DNA of 58,315 nucleotides, from IMG/VR virus record IMGVR_UViG_3300045988_153046, one strand, 5' to 3'. The translations under genes and the position numbers were made by a program. The stretch comes from a virus. This document shows, in pieces, positions 17,280-27,157 of the stretch. Each line of letters starts with the position of its first letter. The stretch's first letter is position 1. The notes beneath the pieces were generated by a model. It saw only the letters and a program-made list of their open reading frames with translations. It searched no databases and was not told the origin of the DNA.

Positions 17280-20033
17280 ATGGCGGTTGAGTTTGGTGCG
17301 AGGCTGAGCTTAAAGGATAATATGGCGGCTACTCTACAGAGAAATCTTGATCTACAGCGGCAATTTACACAACAAACAGCTCAAACTAATGCGGCTGTGC
17401 AGTCTTTAGGCAGGACTAGGGTAAATACCTCTATCAATGCTACAGATAATGCTAGCGGCGTTATTAGAACAGTGAGAGAGGGGTTAAATGCCGCTAATGG
17501 TATGGTAGCAGATCCTGATCTCTCTGTTACTGATAGAGCTACAGAGGTTATCAATAAAGTAAAGGATGGCTTGAGTAAGGTAGCTCATACGGTGGCTAAG
17601 CCTGTGGTGGCAGTCAGAGATACCGCTAGCAAAGGTATTGATAAGATTAAAACAGGGCTGAAAACTGTAGGTAAAACGGTAGCTAAGCCATTTATCCAGT
17701 TGAAAGACAAGGCTAGCCCTATCATAAATAAGATAAAAAACGGCTTAAAGACTATTGGTAAAACAGTAGCTAAGCCGTTTATTGCTCTTAAGGATGGGGC
17801 TAGTAAGATTATTTCAAAGGTAAAGGATGGGCTCAAAACAGTAGGATCTACAGTGGCTAAGGCTACAGTAGCTCTCAAAGATGCCGCTAGTGCTGGGCTG
17901 GATAAGATTAAGAGCACTCTGGCTACACTTGCTAAGGGCGTTACTATTGCAGTTAGTGTAGCGGGGGCTGGAGTTGCCGCCTCTTTGATGCAGGGCGCAA
18001 AGCTGGAGCAAAGTATAGGTGGCGTGGAAACGCTCTTTAAGGGGGATGCTGGTACTGTAAAGGCTAATGCGGATGCCGCCTTTAGAACGGCTGGACTTTC
18101 CGCAAATGAGTACATGGAAACAGTTACTAGCTTTTCTGCCTCCCTCCTACAGTCTCTAAACAATGATACAGCAAAATCCGCTAAGGTTGCTGATATGGCG
18201 ATCATTGATATGTCGGATAATGCTAATAAGTTTGGTACTGATATGAGTAGTATCCAAAATGCCTATCAGGGGTTTGCTAAGCAGAATTATACTATGCTGG
18301 ATAACCTCAAGCTGGGCTATGGTGGCACTAAGGAGGAGATGGAGCGGCTCTTAGTAGATGCTGGTAAGCTCTCAGGGCAAACTTATGATATAAGTAGCCT
18401 CTCTGATGTGTACAACGCTATTCACATTATTCAAAGTGAGATGGGGGTTACTGGCACTACAGCAAAAGAGGCTAGTGAAACTTTCAGCGGATCTTTTGCC
18501 GCTATGAAAGCCTCTGCTAAAAATCTGCTGGGTAATCTGGCGATTGGCGGAGATGTAACTAGCTCAATGGAGCAGTTGGTAGATACAGCTACTACATTCC
18601 TAGCGGGTAATTTGATCCCTATGGTAGTGAATATCTTTACAGGGTTGCCTACAGCGATTAAGAACGGCTTGAGCGGGGCGGCTCCTAAAATTGCCTCAGC
18701 ATTACAGGAGGCTTTACCTCCCTCCGCCTTTAGCTTTTTAGAGGGGCTGGTGGGATCGGTAAAGAATATAGTTAATACTTTCTCTCCTGTGGTACAGCAA
18801 TTAAAGGATATGTTTGCTACTGTAGCTCCTCAGATTATGGATACTCTGGGGAGTGCTTTTGGTGATGGTAGTGGGCTCTTGAGTGGGTTTGCGGATGCTA
18901 TCTCTATGGCAATTCCTACGATTGGAAACTTGCTTACAGGGGTAGCGGATGTAGTAGCTATGATAGCTCCAGTGCTATCCTCTCTGGGGGATATGTTCTT
19001 AGAGGTATTCCCTAGTATTCTGGGGGTAGTGGATGCGGTTATTCCCGCTTTGTTGCCAGTGCTGGAGAGTTTGGGTACGGCTATTCAAACGATTATACCA
19101 GTAGTATCCTCTATCATTCAAACACTGGCAGGGGTGATACAGCAAGTATTACCGATTATTAGCCAAATTGTAACTACTACAATAAATGCTATTATGCCTG
19201 TAATTCAGACTATAGCAGGGTTGATCCAGCAAGCTTTACCGCTCATTCAGAATATCATTACTGTAGTGGCGGGGGCTATTCAAACTGTGATGCCTATTAT
19301 CTCTCAGGTGTTTCAAGAGGTGGGGGCTAAGATTGCTGAGGTTATCCAAACTGTAGTAGTACCTGTGATGGGTGTACTACAGCAAGTATTTGAAACAGTA
19401 GCTCCTATTATTCAGAGTGCTATACAGATAGTGGCTGAGGTGTTTAGTACGGCTTGGACAGTCATAGAGCCTATTATAGATCTTGCAATGACTATCTTTA
19501 ATGCTCTCTGGAGCGTGGTAGAGGCTGTATTTCCAGCTATTCAGGGCGTGATTGAGACGGTATGGGGAGTGTTAGAGCCTATCTTTAGTGCTCTCTCTAC
19601 AGCGTTAGGATGGCTGGGAGATGCTATCAGTACGGTAGGCGGGTGGATCGGCGGAGCGATTGATACAGTAGGCGGCTGGTTAGGCTTTGCCTATGGTAAA
19701 GATCGTGTACCGTACAATAACTATCCCGCTATCTTGCATGAGGGCGAAAAGGTACTTACTAGAAATCAGGCGGATCAGTATGATAGGGTGATGAGTACCA
19801 GAGGTGTAGAGCTTGCGCCTACAGTTAAGCCTCTGGATATTACCTCTGCTAATTCTGAGCCTACTACTGACTCTATACCTGAGCTTAAGGATAGTAGACA
19901 GGAGAATAAAGGATCTAATATCACGATTGAGAAACTTGCGGATACCGTTGTTATTAAGGAAAATGCAGATGTGGATAAGGTGGTACAGGATATGGTTACT
20001 AAATTCCGTAAGCTTGTACCTAATATGGCTTAA
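17280..20033 (+). CDS. Tape measure protein
   Basis: 917 aa, Ala/Val/Ile-rich periodic sequence, located after the chaperone pair. Confidence 0.9.
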   Translation: MAVEFGARLSLKDNMAATLQRNLDLQRQFTQQTAQTNAAVQSLGRTRVNTSINATDNASGVIRTVREGLNAANGMVADPDLSVTDRATEVINKVKDGLSKVAHTVAKPVVAVRDTASKGIDKIKTGLKTVGKTVAKPFIQLKDKASPIINKIKNGLKTIGKTVAKPFIALKDGASKIISKVKDGLKTVGSTVAKATVALKDAASAGLDKIKSTLATLAKGVTIAVSVAGAGVAASLMQGAKLEQSIGGVETLFKGDAGTVKANADAAFRTAGLSANEYMETVTSFSASLLQSLNNDTAKSAKVADMAIIDMSDNANKFGTDMSSIQNAYQGFAKQNYTMLDNLKLGYGGTKEEMERLLVDAGKLSGQTYDISSLSDVYNAIHIIQSEMGVTGTTAKEASETFSGSFAAMKASAKNLLGNLAIGGDVTSSMEQLVDTATTFLAGNLIPMVVNIFTGLPTAIKNGLSGAAPKIASALQEALPPSAFSFLEGLVGSVKNIVNTFSPVVQQLKDMFATVAPQIMDTLGSAFGDGSGLLSGFADAISMAIPTIGNLLTGVADVVAMIAPVLSSLGDMFLEVFPSILGVVDAVIPALLPVLESLGTAIQTIIPVVSSIIQTLAGVIQQVLPIISQIVTTTINAIMPVIQTIAGLIQQALPLIQNIITVVAGAIQTVMPIISQVFQEVGAKIAEVIQTVVVPVMGVLQQVFETVAPIIQSAIQIVAEVFSTAWTVIEPIIDLAMTIFNALWSVVEAVFPAIQGVIETVWGVLEPIFSALSTALGWLGDAISTVGGWIGGAIDTVGGWLGFAYGKDRVPYNNYPAILHEGEKVLTRNQADQYDRVMSTRGVELAPTVKPLDITSANSEPTTDSIPELKDSRQENKGSNITIEKLADTVVIKENADVDKVVQDMVTKFRKLVPNMA
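17505..17939 (+). repeat. Five tandem 87-nt (29-aa) repeats within the tape measure gene
   Basis: VAKPxxxLKDxASxxIxKIKxGLKTxGKT units in series. Confidence 0.8.
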
Positions 20034-20047
20034 GGAGGTGCTGGGAT

Positions 20048-20671
20048 ATGGTGTTTGCAATACAGCAAGAAGATAGCGGTAGAATTGTTTTCCCTGTATC
20101 TCCTGAGAGCTATACAATTTCTGTTTCTAGCAGAAATACGGTAGCTAATGTGTTTCAAGTAGGAGATGTAAACTTAAAGGGAAAGACAGGGTTAAGGGAG
20201 GTATCCCTTAACTCTTTCTTTCCAGCTAAAGATTATAACTTTGCAAAGATGGTAGGCGATCCGCTCTCTTTAGTAACACAGATTGAGGGGTGGAGAAACT
20301 CAGATAATCCTTGCAGGGTTGTAATTGGCAGGGTACTTAACATGGAATGTACCATAGAGAGCTTTTTGTGGGGTGAGCAAGATGGTACTGGAGATATTTA
20401 TTTTACACTTACCTTAAAGGAGTACAAAAGGATCAAAACTAAGAAAGCTAATATCACTGTAGAGACAGATCCGCCTAAGAAAAGGGAAACAAAAAAACCT
20501 AAAAAGAACAGCGGAAAAACCTATACGGTGAAAAGCGGGGATTGTCTTTGGAACATTGCTAAAAAGTTTTATGGAAATGGATCTCAGTACAATAAGATTT
20601 ATGAGGCAAACAAGGACAAAATAAAAAATCCTAATTTGATCTATGTTGGGCAAGTGTTGACTATTCCTTAA
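20048..20671 (+). CDS. XkdP-like tail protein with C-terminal LysM
   Basis: C-terminal [49 protein letters not shown] is a LysM domain. Confidence 0.8.
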   Translation: MVFAIQQEDSGRIVFPVSPESYTISVSSRNTVANVFQVGDVNLKGKTGLREVSLNSFFPAKDYNFAKMVGDPLSLVTQIEGWRNSDNPCRVVIGRVLNMECTIESFLWGEQDGTGDIYFTLTLKEYKRIKTKKANITVETDPPKKRETKKPKKNSGKTYTVKSGDCLWNIAKKFYGNGSQYNKIYEANKDKIKNPNLIYVGQVLTIP

Positions 20672-20680
20672 TGTGAGGGG

Positions 20681-21868
20681 GTGCTGAGGGTGATTGTACT
20701 ACACAAAAATACTGATATTACCGATTATGTGAGTACTATGAGCTGGGGCGGCTCTAAATCGGAGATGGCTAGAAAGCTGGAGCTTAAGATCATCAATGCT
20801 CCACTAGATCCTAATGTGGAAAAGCTTAATATTGCCCTAGCAGATCCTATATATCTGTTTGAGGATGATGGAAAAACAGAGCTTTTCAGAGGTTTTATCA
20901 CAGAGAGGGAGGCTAGTAGTACTACTGGTACTGTAACCTATATAGCCTATGATATTTTGTTTTATACCCTCAAGAGTAAAGCTACTTACAATTTTAGCGG
21001 GAAAACAGCGGAGGCTATTGCTAAGATGGTTTGTAGGGATCTCCAGATCCCTACAGGCTCTATAGCCTCTACTGGGATCTCTCAAAAGCTTATAGTGCAA
21101 AACAAGACTATCTATGAAATCATACAGGAGGCTTATAAAGCGGCTACTGAGCAAAACAAGACGGATTATATTATCAGGGCGGTGAAAGGTAAGCTGTGTG
21201 TGGAAAAGGTAGGCGGTATTGTATGTGAGATAGAGTTAGCTGAGGATAGTAACATTATTTCCAGCAAGTACAAAGAGAGCATTACTAACATGGTGAATAA
21301 GGTTAGGATCTATGATGGTGAGGGCAATGCCGCTGGAGTTGTACAGAATAACAAGGATCTCAAGTATGGTATCTTTCAGACGGTTTACACAAAAGAGGAG
21401 GGCAAAGATCCTACCACTACTGCTAAAAGTATGTTTGTGGGAGTAGAGAAAACCTTTACTCTTGAGTGTGTGGATTTTACAGGTGCTATTACTGGAGCTG
21501 GGGCTATTGTAAAGGATAGCTCTACAGGGCTTAGCGGTGAGGTGTGGATTGATGCGGATACCCATGTGTATCAGAATGGGGTAGGCACAATGAGCCTCAC
21601 AGTAACGCTCAGAGAGCGTAATGATGAGCCTAAGAAAGAGGAGAAATCAGGGAATAAAAAAGAGTACAAAGTAGGGGATATAGTACAGTTTAAGGGCGGT
21701 AATCATTATGTATCCTCTACGGCTACTAAGTCAGGCGGCACTCCCTCCGCTGGCAAGGCTAAGATAACTATTATCAATAAGGGCTCAGCTCATCCCTATC
21801 ACTTAGTTACAGAGGATTGGAGCAGTACTCATGTGTGGGGCTGGGTAGATGAGGGCTCTTTTAGTTAG
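20681..21868 (+). CDS. XkdQ/gpD-like tail protein with a C-terminal SH3-like wall-binding module
   Basis: Synteny; the last ~69 aa are homologous to two repeats in the endolysin (GDIVQF.GG.HY...AKIT...HPYH...GWV). Confidence 0.7.
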   Translation: MLRVIVLHKNTDITDYVSTMSWGGSKSEMARKLELKIINAPLDPNVEKLNIALADPIYLFEDDGKTELFRGFITEREASSTTGTVTYIAYDILFYTLKSKATYNFSGKTAEAIAKMVCRDLQIPTGSIASTGISQKLIVQNKTIYEIIQEAYKAATEQNKTDYIIRAVKGKLCVEKVGGIVCEIELAEDSNIISSKYKESITNMVNKVRIYDGEGNAAGVVQNNKDLKYGIFQTVYTKEEGKDPTTTAKSMFVGVEKTFTLECVDFTGAITGAGAIVKDSSTGLSGEVWIDADTHVYQNGVGTMSLTVTLRERNDEPKKEEKSGNKKEYKVGDIVQFKGGNHYVSSTATKSGGTPSAGKAKITIINKGSAHPYHLVTEDWSSTHVWGWVDEGSFS

Positions 21869-21879
21869 GAGGGGTTTAT

Positions 21880-22308
21880 ATGGCTGATGGCGGTAGCAAT
21901 ATGAAAAATGATGCCTTTTATGCTGAGATGATCCAGATGATGAGAGCGCAAGGCAGTAAAGATAATCCGATTACTTTACAGCTAGGGGTTATGCAGAGTG
22001 CAAACAGCGTAAAGATAGATGATCTGGTGCTGGAGGCTGAGGATCTCTATATAGCGGATTATTTGGTAGCTGGATATACCAGAGAGCTTAAAATCCCCTA
22101 TGTATCTGGTGTAACAGTGGATACTACTCAAAATGATCCCTTTGGTACTGTGGATAGTGAGGGTAATTACCATGATCCAGATACCAGAGTTACCAGACAG
22201 AACAAGATTACCTACACTGATGGGCTTAAAAAGGGCGATCTGGTAGCGGTACAGAAATTGAATGATACAAACAAGTATGTTATTTTGGCAAGAGTAAAGG
22301 AGGCGTAA
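21880..22308 (+). CDS. XkdR-like baseplate protein
   Basis: Synteny and size. Confidence 0.5.
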   Translation: MADGGSNMKNDAFYAEMIQMMRAQGSKDNPITLQLGVMQSANSVKIDDLVLEAEDLYIADYLVAGYTRELKIPYVSGVTVDTTQNDPFGTVDSEGNYHDPDTRVTRQNKITYTDGLKKGDLVAVQKLNDTNKYVILARVKEA

Positions 22309-22310
22309 AA

Positions 22311-22727
22311 ATGAGTTTATTCCCCTTTGCGAGTACTGAGGAGGTTAGCTTAGTTACACCTGATGTAACCGCCTCATCTATTCGTGAATTTGAATATGAT
22401 TTTAAGAAAGGACGGCTCACTGGTAGGATTGTTACTGGGGTGGATGCTCTTTGTGTGTGGGCTTATTTAGCCTTAAAATCTAAGCGGTATAAATGGGTTA
22501 TTTATAGCTGGCAGTATGGAGAGGAATATACTAATCTCATTGGATACAGCTATGATGAGGATTACATGTATTCTGAGGTTAAACGATATATAGAGGAGTG
22601 CCTGTTAGTAAATGAGCATATTACAGGCATAGCGGATTTAGAGGTAGAACAGGTAAAGGATAAACTTCATATTTCCTTTACGCTGGTAACGGAAATTGGA
22701 AGTAAGGAGATGATGGTAGATGTATGA
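22311..22727 (+). CDS. XkdS-like baseplate protein
   Basis: Synteny and size. Confidence 0.5.
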   Translation: MSLFPFASTEEVSLVTPDVTASSIREFEYDFKKGRLTGRIVTGVDALCVWAYLALKSKRYKWVIYSWQYGEEYTNLIGYSYDEDYMYSEVKRYIEECLLVNEHITGIADLEVEQVKDKLHISFTLVTEIGSKEMMVDV

Positions 22728-23799
22728 GAAGCAAACTTTTGAGCGTATTTTACAGCGATCTTTAGAGCGTGTTGGTGTTGATGTGGATAAGCGTGAGGGC
22801 TCTCTGATTATGAATGCTATAGCTCCTGTATCCGCTGAACACGCTAATATTTATATTTTGCTGGATGGGATTATCTCTGATGGGTATGCAGATACCGCTA
22901 ACAGAGATTATCTTATCAGACGGTGTAGAGAGAGGGGCATTGAGCCTCATGCCGCTACTAACGCCGTATTAAAAGGCAAGTTTAACATGGAAATTCCTAT
23001 AGGCTCAAGGTTTAATCTGGAGGAGCTGAATTATGTAGCTATTGAGCTTATAGAGAGTGCTGAGGAGGAAACAGTTACTTATTACTACTATCAAATGAGG
23101 TGTGAAACCTCTGGTACTGAGGGTAATAAGTATTTTGGGGAGCTCTCCAGCATTGATTATATCCACAAGGATCTTGAGGGCTCTTTGGTAGAGCTTTTGA
23201 TACCCGCTGAGGATGAGGAGGATACTGAGATTTTGAGAAATCGGTATTTATCCTCTTTTGCCTCTAGCCCTTTTGGAGGGAATAAGCAGGATTATAAGGA
23301 CAAAACGAACTCTTTAGATGGAGTGGGCGGTACTGTAGTGATCCCTGTATGGAATGGAGGCGGTACAGTTAAGCTCATTATCATTGATAGTGAGTATCAT
23401 GTAGCCTCTGTAGAGTTGGTTAAGGCGGTGCAGGAGGCTATAGATCCAGATCCTCAAGGTACAGGTACAGGCATAGCTCCTATAGGGCATACAGTAACGG
23501 TAGTAAGTGCTGAGGCGTTTGCCGTAGATGTGAGTTGCAATATCACTCTTGTAGAGGGTTATCAACTGGTTACTGTGAAAACTAAGATTAAAGAGGCTCT
23601 TGAGGCGTATTTTCTGGATATGCGTAAAGCGTGGGAAAATGGCGGTTTGGTAGTGCGTATCTCTCAGATTGAAAACAGGATCTTAGGAGTAGATGGGGTG
23701 CTGGATGTAATCAACACTACTGCTAATGGCAGTACTGAAAATCTGGTATTGGAGGCAGATCAATTACCCATTATGGGAGAATTGGAGGTTAAAGCATAA
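22720..23799 (+). CDS. Baseplate J-like protein (XkdT-like)
   Basis: Size and synteny; overlapping start/stop with neighbours. Confidence 0.7.
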   Translation: MYEKQTFERILQRSLERVGVDVDKREGSLIMNAIAPVSAEHANIYILLDGIISDGYADTANRDYLIRRCRERGIEPHAATNAVLKGKFNMEIPIGSRFNLEELNYVAIELIESAEEETVTYYYYQMRCETSGTEGNKYFGELSSIDYIHKDLEGSLVELLIPAEDEEDTEILRNRYLSSFASSPFGGNKQDYKDKTNSLDGVGGTVVIPVWNGGGTVKLIIIDSEYHVASVELVKAVQEAIDPDPQGTGTGIAPIGHTVTVVSAEAFAVDVSCNITLVEGYQLVTVKTKIKEALEAYFLDMRKAWENGGLVVRISQIENRILGVDGVLDVINTTANGSTENLVLEADQLPIMGELEVKA

Positions 23800-24416
23800 T
23801 GGCAAAAGATGTACATTTACTTGAGTATTGGATGCCTTTGCTCAGAAACCTCAAAGAGTTTAAGGAGATTGCAAAAACTGAGGAGCCAGAGCTTAAATAT
23901 ATCTTAGAGGCTATAGATCGTACTCTGAATAATATGTTTATTGAGACAGCGGATGAGTACGGTATAGAGCGGTTTGAGAGCATGATGGGTATTATCCCTA
24001 ATGAGGGAGATGATCTGGAGAAAAGGCGGCTAACAGTGCTCACTATCTGGAATGACTATATACCTTTTACCAGATCTGAGCTGTATAAGAGGCTGGTTAG
24101 TATTTGCGGCTCTGAGAGTGGGTTTGAGATGATAGAAAAGTATCAAGAGTATATCTTAGAGCTTTACACTCATTTAGAGGTATCTGGAGCTTTTGATATG
24201 GTGCTCTCTACACTGGAGGAGATGTTGCCTTGTAACATGGTGGTAGTTTATGAAAATAAAGTACCTGTAAAATCTCCTTTTCAGTACTCTTTTGGAGGGG
24301 TAGGCTGTACTACAGAAAAGGTAAAGCTTAACTACACTGTATCCCTTTCTGAGCAAGCTCCGCTAATTGTTTGTGGTGGATTGGCGGCTAGGGTGATCGA
24401 ACACATTAAAATATAA
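23799..24416 (+). CDS. XkdU-like tail protein
   Basis: Synteny (between the baseplate J gene and the fibre gene). Confidence 0.5.
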   Translation: MAKDVHLLEYWMPLLRNLKEFKEIAKTEEPELKYILEAIDRTLNNMFIETADEYGIERFESMMGIIPNEGDDLEKRRLTVLTIWNDYIPFTRSELYKRLVSICGSESGFEMIEKYQEYILELYTHLEVSGAFDMVLSTLEEMLPCNMVVVYENKVPVKSPFQYSFGGVGCTTEKVKLNYTVSLSEQAPLIVCGGLAARVIEHIKI

Positions 24417-24430
24417 GGAGGATTTACATA

Positions 24431-26632
24431 ATGGCGGATTATAGAAATGCGGTTTTGTGCGTAAATGGTGAAAGGCTACTTGAGTTAGCGGTATCTGGAG
24501 CGGCTCAGATTAAGTTTACCTCTATCAAAACCTCCAGTACAAGATATGAGACTACTCAGCTTAGAGCTCTTACTGATATTGGGGATATTAGACAGAGTAG
24601 CGGGATCTCTGCTAGTACAGAGGATAGCCTTAACACAGTCTCTCTTTATACTTCTTTCTCTAATGCTAAGCTTGCAGAGGGGTATTATGTGAGAAACTTT
24701 GGTATCTATGCGGCTGATCCTGATGATGCTACTGGAGAAACTGAGCTTTTGTATGCGGTGGTTAATGCAGATGAGAGCGTTAATCCAGCTACTTTTATTC
24801 CCGCTTACAGTACTAAGGGTACTAGCGGTGTGGATTTTACCTGTGAGATTGTAGTGGCTAATTCGAGTGAGGTAACTATTAAGCTGGATGAAAATGCTGG
24901 AGTGCCTCTGAGTGTATTTAATACCTTTGCTGAACAGTTTAACGCTGGTATGCAAGCGGTAGATGAAAAGCTTGTAAAAGTGGATACTACTCTTAATGAG
25001 TTTGGTACTACTATTGCAGAGTTTGATACTGTTATTGAGAGTGTAAAAGTATCTCTCAGTGAGCATACTGCTGAGGATGCCCTTTACAGTGAGGCGGGGG
25101 TGCATAACCTTAGATACCATGAGGGAGTATTACAAGTCAAAACTCAAGAGGGTAACTGGGAGGATGCTGGCGGTAGTGGCGGCGGTATCGCTCCTAATGA
25201 TTGCTATGATATAAGTGTGAGGGCTGGTAATTCTAAGCTTACCCTTTTCTGGAGCGATCCTGAGGATACAGTGATTGAGGGGCGAAAGATTTGTACATGG
25301 GCTGGCACTAAACTTGTAGCTAAGGTAGGGGCTTATCCTGAGGATGTCAATGATGGTATTCTCCTTTTGGATAACAAGGTGAGAAATCAGTACTCTAAGA
25401 GCGGAGGTACTGGGTTTGAGTACAATAACCTCAACAATGGCACTACTTATTACTTTGCTCTATTCCCTTACAGCGATCAGAAAGCGGTTAATAAGAGCGA
25501 GAATAACAGGGCAAGCGGTACTCCTCAAGAGTATGTTGTGTATGGCATTGAGATTGATCTTACTAACAGCGATCCTACAAAATGGGCTACTTATACTGAT
25601 GATGCTGTAGGTATGACGGCGGGATCAAGTGCTTTTGATGGTAAGAGCATTTTTGATATTCAGAGCTATACCTTTAAAGATGGGGCAGAGGTAAAGGCTC
25701 TCAGTAAAACCGATAATACAAAGTATGCGGATGGCTCTAGTGCCAGTGCGGATCTCACTAGCGGTACTTATGATATTATGACTAAGTTTAAGAGAGGCGG
25801 GTATTACATTACTCACTCTGGAAACAAGCTTATTATCAAAGTTACTGATGATCCTAATAGAGATGGCTTTTGCTACAAGGCATTTCAGAGAGGCTCAGTT
25901 GATAAAGAGGAGTTTTATCTGGGGCGGTATAAGGGCTACATTGACGGTAACAGTAAACTTCGCTCTTATTCTGGGGTTACGCCTACAGGCAGTAAAACTA
26001 TTTCACAGTTTAGAACAGCGGCACACGCTACAGGGAAAGGCTATGAAAACAGCGGATTTTATCAGCTTGTTTGGCGGCAATGCTTGTACATGGTTAAGTA
26101 TCTTGCAAATAACTCTCAGCTTACTATTGGTAAGGGCTATACTGGAGGCTCCTCAGTTACCAGTACAGGCTCTACTAACGGTAAGGGAGATACCTATGGT
26201 ACTCAGACTAATACAGAGCACATGATCCTCTTTGGAATTGAGGATTTTTGGGGTAATATCTGGGAGTGGATTGATGGGCTTGCTACAGATAGTGCTAGAA
26301 ATATCCTTACAAATACCGATAACTTTCAAGATAACGGTATGGGCGGCGGCTATCTCAGTACCCCTAGTGGCTTATCATCTGATACGGGCGATTGGATGAA
26401 AGACGTGCAGGGCACTAATGATACTGGCTTTGTATTTAAGGCTGGTGGCGGATCGTCCACTACGAGTTTTTGTGATGACGGTCTTCTCTATGGTGGGTGT
26501 GTTGCGAGATTTGGCGGCTATTATAGTGATGGGGGTAATGCGGGTGTTTGTTATCTTTATGTGAGCTATGCGGCGGGTGGTTCTGGTGCTAGCATTGGCG
26601 GTCGCGTCATGTTCCTTGCTCCTAATTCTTGA
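24431..26632 (+). CDS. Tail fibre / receptor-binding protein; DGR target with C-terminal variable region
   Basis: Position after the baseplate genes. GNIWEWIDG (FGE/C-type-lectin-fold signature). The last ~50 codons are the VR copy of the TR. Confidence 0.9.
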   Translation: MADYRNAVLCVNGERLLELAVSGAAQIKFTSIKTSSTRYETTQLRALTDIGDIRQSSGISASTEDSLNTVSLYTSFSNAKLAEGYYVRNFGIYAADPDDATGETELLYAVVNADESVNPATFIPAYSTKGTSGVDFTCEIVVANSSEVTIKLDENAGVPLSVFNTFAEQFNAGMQAVDEKLVKVDTTLNEFGTTIAEFDTVIESVKVSLSEHTAEDALYSEAGVHNLRYHEGVLQVKTQEGNWEDAGGSGGGIAPNDCYDISVRAGNSKLTLFWSDPEDTVIEGRKICTWAGTKLVAKVGAYPEDVNDGILLLDNKVRNQYSKSGGTGFEYNNLNNGTTYYFALFPYSDQKAVNKSENNRASGTPQEYVVYGIEIDLTNSDPTKWATYTDDAVGMTAGSSAFDGKSIFDIQSYTFKDGAEVKALSKTDNTKYADGSSASADLTSGTYDIMTKFKRGGYYITHSGNKLIIKVTDDPNRDGFCYKAFQRGSVDKEEFYLGRYKGYIDGNSKLRSYSGVTPTGSKTISQFRTAAHATGKGYENSGFYQLVWRQCLYMVKYLANNSQLTIGKGYTGGSSVTSTGSTNGKGDTYGTQTNTEHMILFGIEDFWGNIWEWIDGLATDSARNILTNTDNFQDNGMGGGYLSTPSGLSSDTGDWMKDVQGTNDTGFVFKAGGGSSTTSFCDDGLLYGGCVARFGGYYSDGGNAGVCYLYVSYAAGGSGASIGGRVMFLAPNS
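26467..26616 (+). repeat. DGR variable region (VR)
   Basis: 150-nt ungapped match to 26807..26956; 24 mismatches, 23 of them opposite TR adenines. Confidence 0.92.
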
Positions 26633-26639
26633 GGAGCAA
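26616..26639 (+). other. Hairpin at the 3' boundary of VR, spanning the fibre stop codon
   Basis: TTGCTCCT (26616-23) pairs with AGGAGCAA (26632-39); 8-nt loop. Confidence 0.75.
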
Positions 26640-26806
26640 AGGGCGGCATGATGTGATAAGCGGCGGCAAGGGATAACCTGAGGCGGCAAGCACAGAAACA
26701 ATACTACAATTAAATACTGGGCAATGAGGATAGACCTGTGTACGCATTGGAAAACACTTAACACTAAGCTCGTGTGCATTACTCTATTGCTTATAAAAAA
26801 GCAAAA

Positions 26807-26956
26807 TTTTTGTGATAACAGTAATCTCTATGATGGGTGTGTTACGAAATTTGGCGGCAATTATAGTAATGGGGATAATGCAGGTGTTTGTTATCTTAAT
26901 GTGAACAATACGGCGAGTAATTCTAATGCTAACATTGGCGGTCACGTTATATTCCT
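26807..26956 (+). repeat. DGR template repeat (TR)
   Basis: Adenine-rich (AAY codon-rich in the VR frame), invariant donor copy, 200 nt upstream of the RT. Confidence 0.92.
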
Positions 26957-27157
26957 ATACTTTTTTGTATCGTAAAATGCTCATTGCCCTACCTCTCCTA
27001 CATGAGTAGGCACTAGATCCCTCATGGCGTAAGCTGTGGGGGATTTTTGGTAGGTAAAACTTAGTAGCAGGGCTGAGAGGCTCTGTTACGATCCATGAAA
27101 TGTGTTAGTATCGCTGGAAACAGCGTTGAAAACTCAAATTAAAGGAACAGGATAATT

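Noticed and set aside
25848-26225. 125-aa alternative-frame + strand ORF inside the fibre gene (also 25416..25610, 16356..16550, 19813..20076 and 12719..12916)
   Set aside because: These are embedded out of frame in long, well-supported genes, with no RBS.
26724-26975. 83-aa + strand ORF covering the template repeat
   Set aside because: It is the TR read in the VR frame (an Asn-rich copy of the fibre C-terminus). It has no RBS and no independent N-terminal domain. I treat it as the non-coding DGR template.
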